From contig JBBDYJ010000029.1 of assembly GCA_040901675.1 (NCBI GenBank), positions 1-64,000 on the forward strand: a stretch of 64,000 nt of DNA, written 5' to 3'. Each line of letters opens with the position of its first letter. Within the stretch, counting starts at the first letter, position 1. Position numbers and translations under genes: made by a program. This document shows positions 37,535-48,517 of the stretch, piece after piece. The notes under the pieces are model-generated. The model had not been told where the DNA came from, did no database searches, and was given only the letters and a program-made list of their open reading frames with translations. This stretch comes from Pirellulales bacterium. GTDB taxonomy: Bacteria > Planctomycetota > Planctomycetia > Pirellulales > JAICIG01.

Positions 37535-38719
37535 ATGCCAACGGAAACGTGCGCTGCCAGCCTGGTCGACGTGGTCTGCCAGGGAAGTCCCTACCAGATG
37601 GGACTGATCCAGGGCCAGGGCCTGCGAGACAAGATTCGCGCATCGCGCGGGGCCCTTGCCGAGTTGGAAGCCTTTCGGCTGGAGCAGCCCCGCTGGCTGC
37701 CGTTTGCCGCCTTCAGGCACCTGGCTGAGCGCCGCGCTGCACGCCTGATGGCCCAGTCCCTGGCGCGCGAACACCCGGAAATGCACCAGCGGCTGACGGG
37801 CATCGCCGCCGGCTCGGGCGTCCGGCTCGGCCCGTTGTATCTGCTCAATGCGCTGGAGTCGTTTTTGTCGAGCGTCGAAGGCCGCACCGTGCGGCCGGGC
37901 CTGGGCGCCTGTTCGGCCCTGGCGGTCCGCGGCAGCCGGTCGGCGAGCGGCGAGCCGATGATTGCCCGCAATTTCGACTACCTGCCCCTGGTGCAGCCGT
38001 TCTACGTGCTCCGCGACAGCCGGCCGCGGGGGCGAAACCGGTCGCTCGACTTTACCGTCGCGCCTTTGGCCGGCGCAGTCGATGGGCTCAACGAGCAGGG
38101 ACTGGCCATCACGTACAACTATGCCTTCACGGTCGACACGCCGTCGGCGCGTACCCCGATCACCATGGCCATTGCCGAGGCGATGGGTCGCTGTTCGACC
38201 GTGGCGGAGGGGGCGGAGCTGATTGCCTCGCGGGCCCGCTGGGGGGGCGGCATCCTGATGCTGGCCGACGCGGGCGGAGACATCGCTTCGCTGGAGCTTT
38301 CGAACAGCCGCAGCCACCTGCGGCGGCCGGAGCCGGGGCAGGATGCACTGTTCCATACCAACGCCTTCTGCTCCGAGCCGATGCGCGCGGTCCAGGCGCC
38401 GACCGACGCGGTGTTCACCTCGCGGGCGCCGCTGGCGCTGCGGGGCCGCCGCGTGATGGAATCGTCCGAGATGCGCGACCGGCGGCTGGCCAGGCTGATG
38501 GAGCGAGGCGAGCCGCTCGATCCCGACCAGCTCGCGCGGATGATGAGCGATCATGGCGACGAGGGCGTGGCCAGCGGCACCACGCTCTGCATGCACAGCG
38601 ATTACTGGCACACGACCGCTTCGCTGCAATACTTTCCCAAGTCGCGGCGAATGCGAGTCGCCTTCGCGCCGACCTGCAATGCCCAGTACCGTGAGTTGAG
38701 CTTGGAACTTGGAACTTAG
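37535..38719 (+). CDS. Peptidase C45 family autoproteolytic Ntn acyltransferase/hydrolase
   Basis: GSPYQMG..QG, A|CSALAV (nucleophile Cys), ARNFD, DGLNEQGL and HTN.F. TATAAT lies at 37496-37501; an alternative start is at 37517. Confidence 0.87.
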   Translation: MPTETCAASLVDVVCQGSPYQMGLIQGQGLRDKIRASRGALAELEAFRLEQPRWLPFAAFRHLAERRAARLMAQSLAREHPEMHQRLTGIAAGSGVRLGPLYLLNALESFLSSVEGRTVRPGLGACSALAVRGSRSASGEPMIARNFDYLPLVQPFYVLRDSRPRGRNRSLDFTVAPLAGAVDGLNEQGLAITYNYAFTVDTPSARTPITMAIAEAMGRCSTVAEGAELIASRARWGGGILMLADAGGDIASLELSNSRSHLRRPEPGQDALFHTNAFCSEPMRAVQAPTDAVFTSRAPLALRGRRVMESSEMRDRRLARLMERGEPLDPDQLARMMSDHGDEGVASGTTLCMHSDYWHTTASLQYFPKSRRMRVAFAPTCNAQYRELSLELGT

Positions 38720-38776
38720 GGCTTGGGGCAGGCCTTCGAGCCAAGTCCCAAAGTCTAAGATTCAAGAACCAAGTTC
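38701..38776. repeat. Inverted heptamer tracts between convergent genes
   Basis: cttggaa cttggaa cttaggg cttgggg ... ccaagtc ... ctaagat tcaagaa ccaagtt. Confidence 0.6.
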
Positions 38777-39807
38777 TAATTGCTGCCTGGCTCGCTCTGG
38801 CCTTGGGAATAGATCCGCTCCCAGTCGGGCTCCCAAGGGTCGGCCGGCCCGTCGACTTGTTCTTGATGGCCGGCGTCGGGCGGCGTGCGGTGGATCACGC
38901 TGCGGTAACGGCGCCGCAGGCCGGCTGCGATCCAAACCAGGTAGACGTTGGCGCCCAGCGATGCAAACAAGCCCAGCAGCGTCAGGCTCAGCGGCAGCCA
39001 CGGCTTTTGACCAGCCAGGTTGCCGGCGGCATCCTCAGTCTCCTCGCCGCCGGACGCCCCCTGCTCGTCGGAGGCGGAACGCTCGTCCCGATTGCCACCG
39101 GCCGACGCGACGTCGCGATCGCGGGCCTTGTTGGAAAGCATCGGCGATTCGCCGCCGGCGAAGGCGGGGGGGCGATCGCCGGTCCCGCCTGATCCGGCTG
39201 CATCCGCATCGCCCCGATCGTCGTCCGAATCGCTCCGCGACGTTGATTGCGCGGCCGGATCGGTTTCAGCCTCGCTTGAATCCAGATCGTCCTCGGCGGG
39301 CTCGTCCGGTTGTGCGTTGGCCGGACCGCCCAGCCTGGGGCCGCCCGGAATAGCAACCAGCCGCGACGCGCCGCGGGCAGTGGCCGGCAGGAACTCGCGC
39401 GGCGGACCAGCCTGGCCGGATTCCACCGAGTCGAAATCGGGGCCGGGCAGGGGCTGGTCGAACCCGGCCGGCAGCGGCGAACCGAACGGCGCCGCGGCCG
39501 AAGTTCGTGCATCCGTCTCGTCGGGCCTTTCAATGGGCAGCGGTTCGCCCTGGTGAGGGAGCTTCCCGGTCCCCACGGTGATCCGGTAGCCACGGATGTT
39601 CGCCGTGGCGGGCGGCAGGTCGCTGAAGATGTCCTCCCCCTCCTTGAGCGCATCGAGCATCTCGGGCTCGATCTGGATGATGTACTCGATTCCACCCCCG
39701 GCGACCGGTTGCCAGCCGTACTCCACCCCCCAGACTACGGTCGGCATAAAGGCCAGTGCCGCGGCCCACAACATCTTGGCGGCGTGCCGCATAAATAGAC
39801 GAGCCAT
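38776..39807 (-). CDS. Hypothetical secreted protein with C-terminal membrane anchor
   Basis: Signal peptide, YGWQP..GGGIEYIIQIEP domain, disordered acidic linker, then a TM helix followed by RRRYR. Confidence 0.75.
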   Translation of the reverse strand: MARLFMRHAAKMLWAAALAFMPTVVWGVEYGWQPVAGGGIEYIIQIEPEMLDALKEGEDIFSDLPPATANIRGYRITVGTGKLPHQGEPLPIERPDETDARTSAAAPFGSPLPAGFDQPLPGPDFDSVESGQAGPPREFLPATARGASRLVAIPGGPRLGGPANAQPDEPAEDDLDSSEAETDPAAQSTSRSDSDDDRGDADAAGSGGTGDRPPAFAGGESPMLSNKARDRDVASAGGNRDERSASDEQGASGGEETEDAAGNLAGQKPWLPLSLTLLGLFASLGANVYLVWIAAGLRRRYRSVIHRTPPDAGHQEQVDGPADPWEPDWERIYSQGQSEPGSN

Positions 39808-39969
39808 AACAGTTTCCAAGTTAAGCGTAAAGCGTCGGGCCCAGCCACTCAGTTTACCTTTCCGCCAGGTCCAACGCATCCTTGTCGGCGGTTCGCGGCG
39901 GCGATGCGGCAGCCTGCCAGGTGCTGGCGGGGCGGAAGTTCATGGCCCGTGGCACAAGCCGAAGGAACG

Positions 39970-40015
39970 GCACTGCTTCTCGGACGCGACAGGCGCGTCC
40001 TCCAAGCAGTGGCAC
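39970..40015. repeat. Dispersed copy of the CACTGCTT/AAGCAGTGGCAC hairpin element
   Basis: gcactgcttctcggacgcgacaggcgcgtcctccaagcagtggcac, followed by a tctgcct heptamer tract (40020-40050). Confidence 0.88.
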
Positions 40016-40034
40016 GGTTTTCTGCCTTCTGCCT

Positions 40035-41441
40035 TCATCCTTCTGCCTTTCCCGTCTCTGTCTTCCCCAGGCTCTTGAGCTCGGTCTGCAGCATGACCAG
40101 CAGCGGCTGCAGGAAGGCGACCACCATCGGTCCGACGACGATCCCGATGGGGCCCATGGCCTTCACGCCTCCCAGCACGCTTAGCAGGGCCAAGAGCGGG
40201 TGCATGTTCGAGCGGCCCTGCAGGACCAAGGGCTTGATCACGTTGTCGGCCATCGACACCACGAGGGCCCCGTAGACGGCCAACGCCACGGCGGCGGTGG
40301 TTCGATCCTCGAACAGAAACAGCCACAATGCGCAGGGCAGCCAGACCGCTGTCGCGCCAACGAACGGAATCAAGGCGAACAGCATCGTGAGCATCGTCAG
40401 CAGGAACACCGAATCGAGGCCCGCGAAAAAGTACCCGAAGCCCGCCAGAACTCCCTGCACCACGGCCGAGAGCAATGTGGCCACCACCACGGCGCGGCTG
40501 ACCGTGGTGAACTCTTCGAGCAGTTGCCGTTCATAACGGTCGTCGAGCGGCGAAAGTCGCATGATCCCCGCGATCATGGCCGGTCCGTCGGCCAGGAAGT
40601 AGTAAAGCGAGACGATCATCACGGCCAGTCCAATCAGGAACTCGGCCAGAAAGCCGCCGGCGAACTGCGCTCCTCCCAGTGCCAGCGGACCGGCGAACTC
40701 CTGCAACCGGGTCCGTAAGGCGGCCATGTGCTCCTGGTCGGGGTTGACCAGCCGGGTCAGCCAGGCTTTGATCGGGCCGCCCAGCAGGTCCTGCTCGAAA
40801 CGCGCGTAGGCCAGCAGCACTTCATCGGCCTGCCGATCGAAACGAGCCGGCTCGTGGAGGAGGGCCAGCTTGTCGAGTTCGACTCTGAACTGTGCCAGCG
40901 AGTCTTGCCAATTCTCGCCCGGTTCAAAGGCCGCGTCCTTGGCCTCTTCGCTCTTGGCGATCAGCGCGGCCAGCGCCTCCACCTGGTCGCCGGCGCTTTC
41001 CAATTCAAGCGGGTCTGGCAGCTCCGCGGGCGCACGGTCGGCCCAGCCGCGCAGCCGCAGCCCGAGCTCGTCCAGCAGCAACTGCACGTCGGCCGGCGGC
41101 AGGTTCAAGCCCAGACGGCTGCGCAGCTTGTCGACCCTTTCCTCGGTCGATTGCCGGTTCCAGCCCGATGCCAATTCAGCGGCCTCCACCGCGGCCTTTC
41201 CCAGAATCCCCAGCATCGGCGCCAGCACGATGATCAGAATGGCCAGCGTGGTCAACCCGGCCGCCAGTCGCTCGCGCCCCTGGCAACGGACCACGATCGA
41301 GCGGTGCAGCGGGCCGAACATCACCACCAGTAAGGCGGCCAGAAACAACGGCAGCAGAAAGCCTGCCATGACCCGAAAGAACAGCGCCACGATCACCAAC
41401 AGAATCGCCAGCAAGACGACAAACGACACGATGCGGGCCAT
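40035..41441 (-). CDS. AI-2E family transporter
   Basis: Multiple TMs, YYFLADG, IPFVG, DNVIKP..L and HPLL.LLSVLGG..GIVVGP. GGAG RBS. Confidence 0.92.
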   Translation of the reverse strand: MARIVSFVVLLAILLVIVALFFRVMAGFLLPLFLAALLVVMFGPLHRSIVVRCQGRERLAAGLTTLAILIIVLAPMLGILGKAAVEAAELASGWNRQSTEERVDKLRSRLGLNLPPADVQLLLDELGLRLRGWADRAPAELPDPLELESAGDQVEALAALIAKSEEAKDAAFEPGENWQDSLAQFRVELDKLALLHEPARFDRQADEVLLAYARFEQDLLGGPIKAWLTRLVNPDQEHMAALRTRLQEFAGPLALGGAQFAGGFLAEFLIGLAVMIVSLYYFLADGPAMIAGIMRLSPLDDRYERQLLEEFTTVSRAVVVATLLSAVVQGVLAGFGYFFAGLDSVFLLTMLTMLFALIPFVGATAVWLPCALWLFLFEDRTTAAVALAVYGALVVSMADNVIKPLVLQGRSNMHPLLALLSVLGGVKAMGPIGIVVGPMVVAFLQPLLVMLQTELKSLGKTETGKAEG

Positions 41442-41596
41442 GCTGTTCTCCTTGGCAGCCACCCGGCGCTGCTCAGTGCCTGCCGGACCGGTGGTCCAAC
41501 GATGAGATATGGTAGATGATGCGGGGCGATGGACGAAAGGCTGGAAACGCGCCCCAAAGCAGGAAGCTGCAAACCCAAGGCAACCAGGTGGGCCGG

Positions 41597-42640
41597 ATGA
41601 CGCACGAGCAACCTCGCCCACAAGCCCCGGCTGCCTCGCCGCCGCCCCGTCGAGGCCCGTTTCGCTGGGCGATCCTGTTGGGCAAGTGCCTGGTGCTCGC
41701 GCTGGTGGTCTGGGGCATACACCGCACGGCGATTGGGGCCTGGAGCGACCTTGAGCAGCAGGGCTTCGGAGCCGCGCGGCCGGATGCGGCCTGGCTGGTG
41801 GCGGCGGCCGGCCTCTACCTGGCGGGGCTGTTCCCTTCGGCTTTGTTCTGGCACCAGGTGCTGTGGCGGTTGGGGCAGCGTCCGAGCCTGGGCGAAGCGG
41901 TGCGGGCCTATTATATCGGCCACCTGGGAAAGTACGTGCCGGGCAAGGCACTGGTCATCATCTTGCGGACCGGCTTGATCCGCGGGACTCGGGTGAATAC
42001 CGCCTTGGCCGCCGTCAGCGTGTTCTACGAAACGCTGACGATGATGTCCGTCGGCGCCTTCCTGGCCGCGGCTATCCTTGTCGTCTGGCTGCCGGACCAG
42101 CGCGGCTTGCTGCTGTTGGCCTGCCTGTTGAGCCTGGCCGCGGGCCTGCCGACGTTGCCCCCGGTGTTGGACCGGCTGGTGCGGTGGGGCGGCAAAACCC
42201 GCTTGGCCGCCATCGCCTCCGAAGGGCTGAGACCGTTGGGTTATGGCACGCTCGGCCGCGGCTGGGTGCTGATCGGCTGCGGCTGGCTGCTGGCCGGCGG
42301 CAGCCTTTGGGCGGTGCTCAAGGCGGCCGGATATACCCAGCCCGGCCAGGGACTCGCGGAGCTGGCCGTTTGCACCTCGGCCGCGGCGCTGGCGGTGGTG
42401 GCTGGTTTTGTTTCGCTGATCCCCGGCGGCCTCGTGGTGCGCGAGGCGGTGCTGTTGGGTCTTTTGGCGGCTCACTTCGAACGTGCCGAGGCGCTCGTCT
42501 CGGCCGTGCTGGCGAGGCTGGTCTGGCTAGTGGCCGAGGTGCTGATTTCGGGTATTCTATATGTCGGCGGCCGCTTCCACCGCCGGGAACTTGGGCCTCG
42601 CGAGCAGCGCGGCAGCGGGCCTCGATCAGGCGCAACCTAG
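41597..42640 (+). CDS. Lysylphosphatidylglycerol-synthase TM domain (UPF0104) putative flippase
   Basis: LGKYVPGK and IPGGLVVRE motifs; about 8 TMs. Confidence 0.85.
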   Translation: MTHEQPRPQAPAASPPPRRGPFRWAILLGKCLVLALVVWGIHRTAIGAWSDLEQQGFGAARPDAAWLVAAAGLYLAGLFPSALFWHQVLWRLGQRPSLGEAVRAYYIGHLGKYVPGKALVIILRTGLIRGTRVNTALAAVSVFYETLTMMSVGAFLAAAILVVWLPDQRGLLLLACLLSLAAGLPTLPPVLDRLVRWGGKTRLAAIASEGLRPLGYGTLGRGWVLIGCGWLLAGGSLWAVLKAAGYTQPGQGLAELAVCTSAAALAVVAGFVSLIPGGLVVREAVLLGLLAAHFERAEALVSAVLARLVWLVAEVLISGILYVGGRFHRRELGPREQRGSGPRSGAT

Positions 42641-42649
42641 GACGCCGGC

Positions 42650-43657
42650 ATGCTTTCGACCGTGATTCCCGTCTTGAATGAGGCCGAGAGCCTGGCGACG
42701 CTCTATCGCGAGCTGGACGAGGTGGCCCGTGCCGAGGGCTACCTGCTGGACCTGATCTTCGTGGACGACGGCTCGACCGACGGCTCGTGGGCGATCATCG
42801 AAGGGCTGGCCGCGGCCGATGCCAGGGTCCGCGGCATCCGCTTCAGGCGGAACTTCGGCAAGGCGGCCGCCCTGAGCGCCGGTTTCCAGGCGGCCCGCGG
42901 CGAATTGATCATGACGCTCGACGCCGACCTGCAGGACGACCCCCGCGAGATCCCTCGTTTCCTGGCGGCCATGGACGACAACCTGGACGTGGTCAGCGGC
43001 TGGAAAAAAATCCGCCACGATGCATGGCACAAGGTCTTTCCTTCGCGGGTCTTCAACTGGTTGGTCAGCCGCTTGACGGGCGTCCACCTGCACGATCACA
43101 ACTGCGGCATGAAGTGCTACCGCCGCGAGATATTCCGCGAAGTGCGGCTCTATGGCGAGCTGCACCGCTTCGTGCCCGTGCTGGCGCACGCCCGGGGTTT
43201 CAAGGTCGGCGAGTTGGTCATCCGCCACCGGCCGCGCCGCTATGGCTACTCGAAGTACGGATTGCGGCGATTCGTCAAAGGCTTTTTGGATCTGCTCACG
43301 GTCAAGTTCCTGACCGGCTTCGGCCAGCGGCCACAGCACATGCTAGGTGCGATCGGCTTGCTCAGCTTCGTGCTGGGGGCGGCGGGCATGATTTACCTGG
43401 CGGTGCTGTGGAGCGTGTCGCGGCTGTCGGTCGAGATCCCCGACGTCGACCTGCACGAGCGCCCGCTGCTGCACTATTCGCTGGGCGCGCTGTTGCTGGG
43501 CGGGCAGCTCATGTCGATCGGCTTTCTGGCCGAGCTGATCATCGCCTATCACGGCCGCGATTCCGATACGTACTCGATCGGCCAGGAAACTCCGCCTCAT
43601 CAGCAAACCGCGGCCCACCAGGAAGCAGGGCAAGCACGCCATGAACACTCCGCCTGA
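42650..43657 (+). CDS. GT2 polyprenyl-phosphate glycosyltransferase (ArnC/GtrB-like)
   Basis: IPVLNE, VDDGSTD, RNFGK, DADLQDDP, HRF.P and two C-terminal TMs. Confidence 0.93.
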   Translation: MLSTVIPVLNEAESLATLYRELDEVARAEGYLLDLIFVDDGSTDGSWAIIEGLAAADARVRGIRFRRNFGKAAALSAGFQAARGELIMTLDADLQDDPREIPRFLAAMDDNLDVVSGWKKIRHDAWHKVFPSRVFNWLVSRLTGVHLHDHNCGMKCYRREIFREVRLYGELHRFVPVLAHARGFKVGELVIRHRPRRYGYSKYGLRRFVKGFLDLLTVKFLTGFGQRPQHMLGAIGLLSFVLGAAGMIYLAVLWSVSRLSVEIPDVDLHERPLLHYSLGALLLGGQLMSIGFLAELIIAYHGRDSDTYSIGQETPPHQQTAAHQEAGQARHEHSA

Positions 43658-45098
43658 CGATCCCCGCGGCCGGCTGCGCCGCGCCGTCTACCTGTTGTTG
43701 ATCACCGCCAGCACGGGCAGCATGCTGGGCCGCACCTTCGCGGTCAATTCGGTGGACCACGTGCGGCTGGAAAAGCACCTGAAGGACCAGGGGCGGAGCG
43801 ACTGGCAAAAGCAGCGACCGTTTCTCAGTGCCAACGACCGCAGCCGCTGGGCCACCGTGCGCGCCCTGGTCGAGCACGGAACGTATTCGATCGACGAGAT
43901 CGTGAGCCAGCCCAACTGGGACACGATCGACATGGTCAAGCACGACGGAAGGGGCCGCGAAGCGCCGGGGCCCAATGAAGGGCGGTTGTACTCCAGCAAA
44001 CCGCCGCTGATCGCGACGCTGATGGCCGGCCCCTACTGGCTGATCCATCGGCTCACGGGCGCCACGCTGGCCACGCACCCCTTTGCCATCGGCCGGGGCT
44101 TGATCGTGCTCTTCAACATCGTGCCGATGATCGTCTACCTGTGGGTGGTGGCCCAGCTTATCGAACGGTTCGGCGACAGCGACTGGGGACGGATGTACGC
44201 GATGACCGCCGCTGCCTTCGGCACGTTCCTGACCACGTTCGCCGTGGCGATCAACAACCATTTGCCCGCGGCCGTCTGCGCGGCCGTGGCACTCTATGCG
44301 GCCGCCAAGATCTGGTACGACGGCGAGCGAAGCTTGTGGTGGTTCGCCCTGGCCGGCACGTTTTCCGCGCTCACGGCGGCCTGCGAGCTGCCCGCCCTGG
44401 CTTTCTTCGTGGCCATGACCGTCGGATTGCTGCTCGTTTCGCCAGCCGCGGCGATGCGGGCGTTCGTGCCGCCGGCCTTTCTGGTACTGGCCGCATCCAT
44501 GGCGACCAACTACCTGGCCCACCACTCGATCGCACCGCCATACGTGCACCGCACCGAGGGGGACAACTGGTACGATTACCAGTTCGTGCGGGACGGCAAG
44601 GTGCGCCAGAGCTACTGGTCGAACATCGAAGACCGCAGCCCAATCGACCAGGGTGAGAAGTCGCCCCAGACGTATGCCCTGCACGTCCTCGTCGGGCATC
44701 ACGGCATTTTTTCGCTGACGCCGATCTGGCTGTTCAGCCTGGCCGGCGTGGTGACGATGTGCTGGCGCAGCCAGCCGAACCTGCGTGCCCTGGGCCTGTT
44801 GGTGGGAGGCGTGTCGCTGGTTTGCCTGGCGTTTTACCTGGGACCGTTCCACGACCGCAACTACGGTGGCATGAGCAGCGGCTTCCGCTGGATGTTCTGG
44901 TTTGCGCCGTTGTGGCTGATTGGCATGCTGCCTGCGGTTGACCAGTTCTCCGAGCGGCCCTGGTGGCGGGGCCTCGCGATCGTCTTCTTGTGCCTGTCGG
45001 TCCTCTCGGCAAGCTATCCGACCTGGAATCCCTGGACGCACCCCTGGCTGCTCGATTTCCTGCTGCACATGGAGTGGGCCCGCCTCGGCGCCGGATAA
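43641..45098 (+). CDS. Polytopic membrane protein, probable GT-C fold glycosyltransferase
   Basis: One TM, then a loop with SANDRSR and YSSKPP, then about 10 TMs. Overlaps the GT2 gene. Confidence 0.65.
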   Translation: MNTPPDDPRGRLRRAVYLLLITASTGSMLGRTFAVNSVDHVRLEKHLKDQGRSDWQKQRPFLSANDRSRWATVRALVEHGTYSIDEIVSQPNWDTIDMVKHDGRGREAPGPNEGRLYSSKPPLIATLMAGPYWLIHRLTGATLATHPFAIGRGLIVLFNIVPMIVYLWVVAQLIERFGDSDWGRMYAMTAAAFGTFLTTFAVAINNHLPAAVCAAVALYAAAKIWYDGERSLWWFALAGTFSALTAACELPALAFFVAMTVGLLLVSPAAAMRAFVPPAFLVLAASMATNYLAHHSIAPPYVHRTEGDNWYDYQFVRDGKVRQSYWSNIEDRSPIDQGEKSPQTYALHVLVGHHGIFSLTPIWLFSLAGVVTMCWRSQPNLRALGLLVGGVSLVCLAFYLGPFHDRNYGGMSSGFRWMFWFAPLWLIGMLPAVDQFSERPWWRGLAIVFLCLSVLSASYPTWNPWTHPWLLDFLLHMEWARLGAG

Positions 45099-45119
45099 AA
45101 GTGGGGCGGTGACTTCGAG

Positions 45120-45151
45120 GTAGCAGGACTCGCCAGAGTTCTGGCGAAGTC
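45120..45151 (+). repeat. GTAG-type REP (same family as 7222-7296)
   Basis: GTAGCAGGACTCGCCAGAGTTCTGGCGAAGTC. Confidence 0.88.
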
Positions 45152-45214
45152 GGGTGGCTGGCGGCAAAGCGGACTTCGGCGAGCTCAGTCGAGTCGTAGC
45201 GTGCCCCAGTCTTC
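45151..45214. repeat. Dispersed ~63-bp REP-like element, copy 2
   Basis: Reverse complement of 5708-5770 with one extra base. Followed by ttcctcc heptamers (45222-45253). Confidence 0.9.
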
Positions 45215-45219
45215 GTTCG

Positions 45220-45957
45220 TTATTCCTCCTTCTGCATTCCTCCTTCCTCCTTTGCAATCAGCAGCCCCAGCCGCCTCCAGTCGTCGCTCAGCGGAGCCAC
45301 CACCGACACATCCTGGCCGGTCGACGGATCGCGGAACGCCAACTCGCGGCCGTGCAGCGCAATGGCGCGGAGCCGCTCGTCCTCGTGCGGTGTGCCGAAC
45401 GCCGAGGCGGCTCCATAGAAGACGTCGCCCAGGACCGGATGGCCCCGCGACGAGGCCTGGATCCGCACCTGGTGCGTGCGACCCGTCTCGAGCACCACTT
45501 CCAGCCAGACCCCCCAAGCGGCTTCGGCCAGCGTGCGATAGTGCAGTACGGCCAGGCGGCCCTCGGGATGGTCCGCGGCGACGATCTCGGCCCGGGGATG
45601 ACCATAGACTTTGCGGACGTGGTCGGTCCAGGTTCCCTCCGCTGGCTGCACGTGCCCCTCCAGGCAGGCCCAATACACCTTGCGGACCTGGCGGCGTTCG
45701 AACTGGCGCGAGATCTTGCGGGCGGCGTTAGGGTGCGTGGCGAAGACCATGGCGCCCGACACCGGGCGGTCAAGCCTGTGCGGCACCGCCAGGTAACCTG
45801 AATAGTCGGCCGACTCCTCTCGCAGCCAGGCCTTGATCCGCGCTTCCAAGCTGTCGATTCCCGGCGGCGCCTGCGTGGCCAGGCCAGCCGGCTTCAAGGC
45901 CGCCAGCACGCGCGTCGACCGGTAGAGCAGATCGAAGCCAGGTTCGAGCATCAGCAC
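45220..45957 (-). CDS. RluA family pseudouridine synthase
   Basis: KPAGL, HRLDRPVSG (catalytic Asp), KVYWA, LETGRTHQVR, GD.FYG and LH. Confidence 0.93.
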   Translation of the reverse strand: MLMLEPGFDLLYRSTRVLAALKPAGLATQAPPGIDSLEARIKAWLREESADYSGYLAVPHRLDRPVSGAMVFATHPNAARKISRQFERRQVRKVYWACLEGHVQPAEGTWTDHVRKVYGHPRAEIVAADHPEGRLAVLHYRTLAEAAWGVWLEVVLETGRTHQVRIQASSRGHPVLGDVFYGAASAFGTPHEDERLRAIALHGRELAFRDPSTGQDVSVVAPLSDDWRRLGLLIAKEEGGMQKEE

Positions 45958-46092
45958 CGGCCCCGTCGAGCCGCGGTGGTTCGTTGGACCGCCGCGGGCC
46001 GAGGGATTAGAATCGGTCTGGACAATCCAATACCAAAGTATCCCGTTTTCCCGAAACCCATTTTCCCGAAACCCAAAGTACGGAGAGTCACC

Positions 46093-46746
46093 ATGCCGCG
46101 CCTCTTTGTTTTACCCGTCGCGTTCGTGCTCGCCTGTGGCCTGGCTGCCGCCGCCCGCTCGGATGAAAAGGACGACAAGCCGATCAAGCTGTTCAACGGG
46201 CGCAACCTGGACGGCTGGACCTTCCATACGCCGGACAAGAGTGCGAAGACCGAAGACGTCTGGAGCGTGAACAAGGGCGTGCTGGCTTGCCAAGGCAAGC
46301 CGGCCGGGTACTTGCGGACCGAAGACGACTATACCAACTACGTATTGAAGCTCCAGTGGCGGTTCGACCCGGACAAGGGCGCCGGCAACAGCGGCGTCTT
46401 GTTGCGGATGGTGGGCGAAGACAAGGTCTGGCCCAAGAGCATCGAGGCCCAGTTGCACAGCGGCAACGCCGGCGACTTCTGGAACATCGACATGTTCGAG
46501 ATGACCGTGGACGAGGACCGCACCGAGGGGCGGCGGACCAAGAAGCTCAAGGAGAGCAACGAGAAGCCGCTGGGCGAGTGGAACCAGTACGAGATCACCG
46601 TCGAGGGCGGCGCCGTGCGGCTGGTGGTCAACGGCGAGCTGCAGAACGAGGCCACCGACTGCGAGGAGATCGCCGGCAAGATCTGCCTGCAGTCGGAGGG
46701 CTCGTACATCGAGTTCCGCAACATCGAGCTCACGCCGCTGGAGTGA
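46093..46746 (+). CDS. DUF1080 (3-keto-glycoside hydratase-like) secreted protein
   Basis: Signal peptide, LFNGRNLDGW, GNSGV, EAQL, GEWN and LQSEG. Confidence 0.92.
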   Translation: MPRLFVLPVAFVLACGLAAAARSDEKDDKPIKLFNGRNLDGWTFHTPDKSAKTEDVWSVNKGVLACQGKPAGYLRTEDDYTNYVLKLQWRFDPDKGAGNSGVLLRMVGEDKVWPKSIEAQLHSGNAGDFWNIDMFEMTVDEDRTEGRRTKKLKESNEKPLGEWNQYEITVEGGAVRLVVNGELQNEATDCEEIAGKICLQSEGSYIEFRNIELTPLE

Positions 46747-46792
46747 TCTTTCGATTTTCCGACTGCCGTCAAGGCATCGCCCCGTTGCGACA

Positions 46793-46819
46793 CGCCAGAA
46801 CTCTGGCGAGTCCTGCTAC
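46793..46819 (-). repeat. GTAG-type REP, exact inverted copy of 45120-45146
   Basis: CGCCAGAACTCTGGCGAGTCCTGCTAC; 27/27 match. Confidence 0.9.
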
Positions 46820-46840
46820 TGGGTGGGCCGCCGTCCCAGA

Positions 46841-48292
<1,452 letters not shown>

Positions 48293-48475
48293 TGGACTGG
48301 TACTCCCAAGGCAGGAAGGCAGGCGGGTTCCACGCCCCACATGGCTACCAGCCTAGCAGACAGGCCGCCTTCCGGCCAGCATGCTCGACATCAGGCCAGC
48401 GCTGGAGGATTCAAAGCGTGCAAGCGCCGCAGGGATGGATGCGCCTTGCCGCCAACCGGTTGCGGGTCGGCCTGG

Positions 48476-48508
48476 TTGACGTGAACGGATACTATCGTAT
48501 GATAGTAT
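48476..48508 (+). promoter_or_regulatory. sigma70 promoter with overlapping palindromic operator
   Basis: TTGACG-N16-TATGAT. ATACTATC-gtat-GATAGTAT (48489-48508) covers the -10 box. Confidence 0.8.
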
Positions 48509-48517
48509 TTAAGGGAA

